Part shown: in pieces, positions 36,906-43,971 of the stretch
How positions within the stretch are numbered: position 1 is the first letter of the stretch
Layout of the letters: each line of letters starts with the position of its first letter
The notes under the pieces: generated by a model
The model's input: only the letters and a program-made list of their open reading frames with translations
Database searches by the model: none
What the model was told of the DNA's origin: nothing
Origin: Vicugna vicugna
Taxonomy: Eukaryota
Direction of reading: 5' to 3'
Length of the DNA: 43,971 bases
Assembly (NCBI GenBank): GCA_013265495.1
Contig: MU058337.1
Span: 4,334,880 to 4,378,850 of the forward strand
Translations under genes and position numbers: made by a program

Positions 36906-37684
36906 AGAGGGAGGGAGAAATGTGGGGAAAGCAGTTTACTGTCAGTGATACTTTGGCACAATTTAACATTTCATTTCTCCTAAAATTCATAGTCGCCTGC
37001 ATGGAGAGCTCACCATCAAGTTCCTACATTTTTTCTATTTTGATTTTAAGAATTATAAATTTCATATTTAAGATATTTGGTAGTTTAAAAAAAAACCATC
37101 AAAGATCTATTCCTGATCCCCTCTACACGAGACATAAACAATTCCATGGCTTTTCCAGCAACTCAGATAGATATTCCCCCTAAATATGTAGAAGAGCATC
37201 CTACTACATCTCAGACAATTCATTAGTAGACTCAGAACACGCTTATCATCATAGGATTACAAGAATTATTACAAAATAAGCCATATCACCTCTCCTTGCT
37301 GACAAAAATAGACTGGAACTCTGGAAAGGAAAGCTTGCCCTACATCCAAGAATCTCAACTGATTGTGAGCAGCCGCACAGGAAATTTACCAGGACTCAGC
37401 ATTACTCCGTGTTCATTCTGAGTTAACATGGCATCAGTTCTTCAAAACTCAGCTGTCGCTGGCATATCATTTTCCAAAGGGAGTAAATAAGTTGCAACAT
37501 ACATCCTAAACACCAAATCACACCATCCCGATGGACAGCACAGAACCATGTGACTGTATCACGAGTGACCGTTTCTTTAGGGCATTTCTGTTTCCACAGG
37601 TGCCAGGGAGAGCTCAGCAGCCAACACCAAGTCAGCTCCAGGCACGCTTGATATACATTATATCATGTACTCTTCACGCTCTCA

Positions 37685-37745
37685 CGTTACAGATGCCAAA
37701 ACTGAGGTTCAAAGTTTCGGTAATGTGCGCAAAGTCACCAATTAA
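37685..37745 (-). mobile_element. MIR core fragment
   Basis: ttacagatgccaaaactgaggttc...gtaatgtgcgcaaagtcac. Confidence 0.5.
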
Positions 37746-38337
37746 GGGGCAGCAACTGAGCTCCACTCCCAATATAACTCCAAAGCCTTATCAGAGAACA
37801 GAATATACAATTCTGTTGTATACAGAATACACATTACCTTTGAAGATCAGATATGAGATTTCAACAGCGGCTGCTTTAGGCTGGGTTTCCAGACACAAGA
37901 GGGGAGGCATTCATTTGCTACCTACCTCCCCATTTCGGGCAGGAGCTTAGGTCTCCTCTCAGCCTCTCCTTGAACTTCTCCAAAGCTGCAGCTCCTCCCA
38001 GGCCAGCGGAAGCAGTTGGGGAAATGGAGAGACATGGGTGTGACCGCCAGGAGCCGTGGGGTCAGACCCAGCTCTGTTACTATCTGCTGGACCTCCATGG
38101 GTTTCCTATCATGAGATAAGAGCATTGTACTAGATTAGTGGTTTCCCCTGTGTGTATCCAAGATCCTAAATGAAAGATACCTGACTTTTTAGCTAGCGCA
38201 ATCTCAGCTGTCTCCTCCCAGCCTAAAACACCACGATTTGCAATGAATTCTCATGAAGCCTTTCTTAACAGCTCACACCAGCCCACAGTGGTCTCTTTCT
38301 TCTCTGAATTCATGGCTCATCGTTTGCCATAGAAAAT

Positions 38338-39270
38338 ACTGCCCTGACATTTACAGGGCCCAGGGCAAGAATGCAAATGAAGACCCACATACCATTTGTC
38401 TAAATATGTAAAAGTTATAAATCAAACTAACAAGCTGTTATATAAAACATGTTCTATCCTTCTCTGGTGGCAAAACTTCAAAATGCCCTGGGAGCTCAGG
38501 CTCAAATTTAGAATCCCGACTTTTTTTTTTCCAACATTTTTCTATTGAGTGATAGTCATTTTACAATGTGTCAAATTCCAGTGTAGAGCACAATTTTTCA
38601 ATTATACATGAACATACATATATTATTGTCACATTTTTTTCGCTGTGAGCTACCACAAGATCTTGTATATATTTCCCTGTGCTATACAGTATAATCTTGT
38701 TTGTCTATTCTGCATATACCTGTCAGTATCTACAAATTTTGAAACCCCAATCTGTACCTTCCCACCCCCCGCCCCCTGTCTTCTTAAAGTTCTGCTTGGG
38801 AAAGTGACAGAGAAGGCCACTCTGGGTTCAGGACTCTGGTCCACAGCTCCCCCGTCTTTCTCCCCAGCCTGGCTTTGTTCCTACAAAGAAGGACAGCTTC
38901 ATGCTTATAGGAGTGGACACACCACCAGCACACACACGCGAGCTCCATCAACCTTCCCCAACACCCGCACCCACCCCTGCCACACACAGCTGTCCTTTGC
39001 CCACCATTGGGTCCTGCAGTGTGTGTTCATTCCCTGGAGAACTGACTTGGGGAAAAAACACATTCAGCCCCTAACAGTTGGCTCAGGACTGTTGGGATGG
39101 GGTATTCTAGAATCACGAGAACCCCTGGCATGGTCCAGAAGAAGGTGGATGGTCACTTCCCCTGCCACACTGCCTCCCTGGAAGGTGGGCTCTGGATGGA
39201 AGAAAGCCAGACCCTGTAAGACATGCAGGCAGAGCAGGGGACCCTCTTGCTGGGGACTGAAGGCGGTACT
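38338..39270. mobile_element. MER115-like hAT-Tip100 DNA transposon, split by an L1 3' insertion
   Basis: ccctgacatttacagggcccagggcaagaatgcaaatgaagacccacatacc...aaagttataaatcaaactaac on the left; gcagggaccctcttgctggggactgaaggcggtact on the right. Confidence 0.7.
38521..38778 (-). mobile_element. 5'-truncated young camelid-type L1 3' end
   Basis: Poly(T) followed by ccaacattttt...tagtcattttacaatgtgtcaaattccagtgtagagcacaatttttca...gtgagctaccacaagatcttgtatatatttccctgtgctatacagtataatcttg, which matches a recalled alpaca/camel L1 3' UTR. Confidence 0.8.
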
Positions 39271-40049
39271 AACCTGTGACATTCCTTTCACGCTTTCTTA
39301 CTTTCATCTCCCCTTCTTTCCCTCTTGTCAGATAAGATCTTTAGACAGTTTTGCTTCCTGTGTGTCCCAGCCTTTCCCCAATACCAGGTAAAGGTAAGAT
39401 AATTGGATGTTTTACTTTCAGCCTTTTGACAGGTTTTTCCTACGCAGAATGCCTTTCTATTGCAAGATTCCTTTTTTAACATTTATACAGATTCTATCAG
39501 CCTATCATCAACCATTTGGATTCTTGGATTACAGCCTTTTCTAGCAGCAGTTCATAAATACTGTCTAACCGCCTCCCAGCCTCAAGTGATGACAAGCGAG
39601 ACATTCAACACTGCTCCAAATCTTTTTCTTCAGTAAGTTTTTTAGTTTTCAGTTCAGAAGCTTTTCAGGTTTGTAGGGGGTGAGCCCAGTAGAGGGTGCG
39701 TGGGCAGCTAGCAGGGTCCTTTTGCATCTGAACCCTGGCAGATCCCCAGGCACCATATGGAAGTCTGGAAGCCCAGCCACTGTTTTGCTCAAAATAAGTG
39801 GTTGGAAGAGGAAGGTGGCACAGATGGATTTAGGTCGCCATCTTCCCAGAGAGCCCTCTACCTTTCCAGCACTTTAATGCACCTGTTAAACCTTGAAGGA
39901 CTCTGACAAATCACCAAGATGCCATTCCCTATTCATATACCATAAACAATATATGATAGTGTTTTTTCTTCTATACCTCACAAGTATCAGATACTGTTAA
40001 TCTTTAAAATTTTTCCTCTTGATGAATGTTAAATAGTATTTCATTGTTG

Positions 40050-42345
40050 TTGTTTAAATAGCTTTATTGAGATATAGTTGAACACAATAAACTACGTATT
40101 GTTAAATTGTACAGTTTTCTAAGTTTAACATATTCATACATCCATGAAACCATCACCACAAGCAAAATAATGAACATATACATCACTCCCAAAAGTGTTC
40201 TTGTAATTTAAAAGAAAAAAAAAACTCTTCATCCTGCCTTTTCTCACCCACTCCACCCCCATGCTGCATCAAACCACTGACCTGCTTTCTGACACTATAG
40301 ATTAGCTTGCATTTTGCAGTTTTACATAAATGGTATAATTATATTGTGATTCACCCATAATGTTGCTGTATCAGTTGCTTGTTCCTTCTTACTGCTAAGT
40401 GGTACTCCATTGTATGAACATCCCACAATTTATTTACCCACCTATTGTTAGACTTCAATGTTTAGTTTTTGGCTACTATGAACATTTGAAAATTGCTATG
40501 AGTATCCATGTACAAATCTTTGTATAGAAGTATTCCTTCATTTCACTTATGTAAACACCGAAGTGAGTGGATGGATTTTATGTCAACCTATATTTTACTT
40601 TTTACTAAATTATTTTCTGAAGCAACCGTATTATTTTACACTCCTACCAGCAGTGAATGAAAATTCCAGTTTCTCTACATCCTCCACAATACTTGGTAGT
40701 GTCAGTTTTAAATTTTAGTCATTATAATAAGTGGTATTAGTGGTATTTTGTGGTTTGAATTTCTATTTAATTGATGGCTAACGATTTTGAGCAAATTTTT
40801 ATGTACTTATTTGCAATCCATATATCTTCTTTGGTAAACTGTTCAAATCTTTTGTGCATTTTTTATGTTGTTGCTTTCTTATTATTGAGTTTAGAGAGTT
40901 GCATTTTGTATAACTGGATATAAGTTCTTTATCTGGTATTTTGCTTTGCAAATATGTTCTTTTGTCCCATGGCTTATATTTAATTATTCTAAGAGTGTCT
41001 TGTCAAAGAACAGAAATGTTACATTTTGATAAAATCTAATGGATCAATATTCTTTTCTATATCTACTGTGCTTTTGGTGTTATATGTAAGAAAAATATTT
41101 TCTCGTATTTTCTTCTAAAAATTTTGTAGGTTTAGGTTTTACATTTAGGTCTGTGATGCATTTTGATTTAACTTTTGTATACAGTGAGAGGTATGAATCA
41201 GATTTTATTGTTATACATATGGATAAATAATTCTAGCACCATTTGTTGAAAAGATTGTCTTTTCTCCACTGATTTTCCTTTATATCTATGTCCAAGATTA
41301 ATGGGCCAAATACATATAGGTCTATTTCTGGACTCTCCATTTTGTTCCATTGATCTGTTTGTCTATCTTGATGCCAACCACCACCATACAGTCTACATTA
41401 CTGTAGATTATAAGAAGTCTCGCCATCAGGTAGTGTAAATCTTCTTTGTTCTCTTTTCCAAAGTTATTTTGACTATTCTATGGTTTTTATGTTCAGTACA
41501 AAATTTAGAATAAGCTCATCAATTTCTACAAAGAAGCCTGCTGGGATTATTATTGAGATTAGGTTGAACTATAGATTGGGTAAGAAATGACATCTTAACA
41601 ATATTGAGTCTTCTAATCCATGAACATGGTACATCTCATTATTTATTTAGGTTGTCTTTAATTTCTCTTAGTGATGTTTTATAGTTTTCAGAGTTCAGTT
41701 CTTCCACATCTTTCCTCAGATGTATCTCTAAATATTTTACATTGTTGATGCTATAATAAAATATATATAACATTTTTTTAATTTTCTCATTGTTTAGAAG
41801 ACCCTTTGGAATTGTTAACCAGTAAATTAAGTTTTCACTCTGGCTGGTGGGAATAAGTACTCTTCCCAGCTCTATATGGGATCTAGATTGTCCTAATTTG
41901 GGGAGGTGGTTCTTTTTCTGGCCGTGGACAGTTTCCTCACATACATGTGCTGATCACTACTCAGTTGAACACTCAAAGACCTTTTATAGATCCTCAAGTT
42001 CTATATGCAGAACCCTCTTTCCTGTTATTCTATCCTTTGAACTCTAGCTGCCTTGTCTCCTCCCACGACTCCTAGCTCCATCTCTTCCAGTCATGGAGTT
42101 CTACTGGGCTTGCCTTGGGTTCCGTCTCCTTTCTCTGTGTCCTGCAAACTTGATACAAGAAGAAGGGTTAAGCATAGGGCCCACCTGTTCTGTTTTCTGT
42201 TTCTCTGGGATCACTTTCTTTTGTTGTCTCATGTTCAGTGTATTGGGAACTACTGTTTCCTACATGTTGTCCAATTTTCTGTTGTTTCAGGCAAGTGGTT
42301 CAATCTAGTCCCCATTACACATCTTGGCTAGATGCAGAAGTGTCC
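40050..42345 (-). mobile_element. L1MB/L1MC-type LINE (3' UTR, ORF2 and upstream fragments), degenerate
   Basis: aatagctttattgagatatagttg...catccatgaaaccatcaccac...cagcagtgaatgaaaattccagtt...ctagcaccatttgttgaaaagatt...gacatcttaacaatattgagtcttctaatccatgaacatgg are antisense L1 motifs. Confidence 0.88.
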
Positions 42346-42569
42346 CTTTTCCTAAGTTTCAAATTTAAATCCTTCTTGATTTTTTTTACTCTTTAAAAAA
42401 ACATAATGAATGCATTTAAGGCTACAGATTTTCCAGTGAACATTTTTTTACATAGCCCCAAATGTTTGATATTTAGTTCCTTTGCTACTCACTTTTAATG
42501 GTTTCTAATTTCCACTTTGTTATGTTATTTAATCTGTTGTCCAAAAGACTTTAAATAGTTTCATTATAA

Positions 42570-43530
42570 AATGTGCCCTAATTTTCAGACAACAGTACAA
42601 TGAATCCCTATATACCATTTCCCCAGATTCAACAGTTATCAAATTTTTTCCACACTTATTTCATCTCTTCATTTCTGTTTTCTTTTCCTTTGTTAAAATA
42701 TTTTCAAGAAAATCCTAGACAACATGTCATTTCCCTCCCTTAAATTATAAAAATGTTTCTTCCTTAACTACAATGTTATTATCACACCTTAATAAAGTTA
42801 ACAATAATTCTTCAGAACCATTTTGTAATCAGACCATGACCAAGTTCTCCTGATTATCTCAAAATATTTGTACACATTGTTTATTCAGATTCAAATCAGG
42901 GCCCACGCCTTGCATTTTGTGGCTATGCTTTTTAAGACTCTTATCAAACTGAGTCTGTCCTCTTCTCCCTTTTCCCTGCCACTGGCTTGTTCAATAAGCC
43001 CGGCCAGCTGTCCTGTAGAATGCCCCACATTCTGAGTTGCTTCTCTGTATCTCTGTGGTTTTATTTAACTTCTTTTCTATCCCCTGAATGTCTTCTACTT
43101 CACCCTAGAGACTTAATTAGATTCAGGTTTAACTTTTTTTTTTTGGTAGGACTATGTTCCAGTTGGTGCTGTGTTCTTCATGTTGCATTACATCTGGAGG
43201 CACCTAATGCCTGCTTTCTATTTTTAGTGATGCTAAGATTGATCAAAGGGTTCGGGTGGTGACAGCCTGATCTCTCCATTATAACCCCCCACCAGTCATT
43301 GGTCAAGTGATATGATCCTTTGGTGACTGTTGCATAACTCAATTATTTCATCAGAGGTGGCAAAGTGATACTTTTCAATCATTTCTTATGTATGTATTAG
43401 CTGGAACTCCCCCGTAAATAAAAACTGTCAGTCTTCAATTAGGGCTATTTGATTATCTTGAAAGTCAAGATAAATGTATAATTCTTTCCTTGGAATTGTC
43501 AATTTTCAGAGTAAGAAATTGGTGCCATGG
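42570..43530 (-). mobile_element. Old L1 (L1MC4/5-like) 3' end
   Basis: acagtacaatgaatccctatatacc...ccagattcaacagttatcaa...aactacaatgttattatcacacct...ccagctgtcctgtagaatgccccacattctg...gacttaattagattcaggttt. Confidence 0.7.
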
Positions 43531-43971
43531 TACTTCCAGTGAAGCCCAATGAGCTGGAATCTCTGTCTTTCCCTCCCTGTCTCCTCTCATTTTCTCTTAC
43601 ATATATTCAGTTGCTTAAATTAGTGGAATGAATATGTGTTTCTTACTAATTTTCCAATTGTGCCCCTTTGTGAGTTGAGGACACCCTAGAACCAGCAGCC
43701 AGGGGGTGACCTGGGGGATGAAATTTCCCTCGGAGAGTTGGCAGCCATTTTTCATGGAAAAGCTATAACCCTGCTGGGACCAGATGGGCTGAATCCCACT
43801 TTACAAGCAAGCCTTTTGGGGTTTTCCCATCTTGTTAGTCACTGAGTTTGAGTTTACCCACCTGAGATGGGAATATGAGGCTGGAGAGCCACATGGCCTC
43901 CATGAGTCAGGTGTGCAGTTCCAGCCAGAGCCCAAGAGCCAGCCACTAGCTGCTATTCAAAAGCATGGGGG

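Noticed and set aside
38645..39391. 248-aa + strand ORF
   Set aside because: GTG start; it spans an antisense L1 3' UTR and a MER115-like element, with no protein similarity recognised.
29700..43971. Exons of the neighbouring gene expected from human synteny (METTL21C side)
   Set aside because: No recognisable methyltransferase coding sequence was seen; the region is mostly interspersed repeats.

Overview
Mammalian genomic DNA, very probably a camelid: it carries a Vic-1-type tRNA-derived SINE and a camelid-type L1 3' end. The window holds one complete, intact protein-coding gene on the + strand, recognisable as CCDC168. I reconstruct four coding exons joined by canonical GT-AG splice sites in compatible phases: 3022-3252, 3380-3413, 3512-3545 and a giant terminal exon 8072-29666 (21,595 coding nt). 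Together they give 21,894 nt, or 7,297 aa plus stop. Exon 1 encodes a single transmembrane segment. The giant exon is built from several layers of degenerate internal repeats, one recent 99-nt triplication, and a duplicated C-terminal module that resembles SPATA31/FAM75-family motifs. An AATAAA begins 55 nt after the stop. The rest is intronic or intergenic DNA rich in old interspersed repeats (L2, MIR, MLT2 LTR, MER20/MER5A/MER53/Zaphod/MER119/MER115-like DNA transposons, several L1 fragments) plus a (GATA)n/(GAAA)n tract. There is no prokaryotic system, CRISPR array or RNA gene. The most novel-looking signal is the possible deep homology of CCDC168 to the SPATA31 family, together with its layered repeat architecture. 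Repeat family names come from recalled consensus sequences and their boundaries are approximate.
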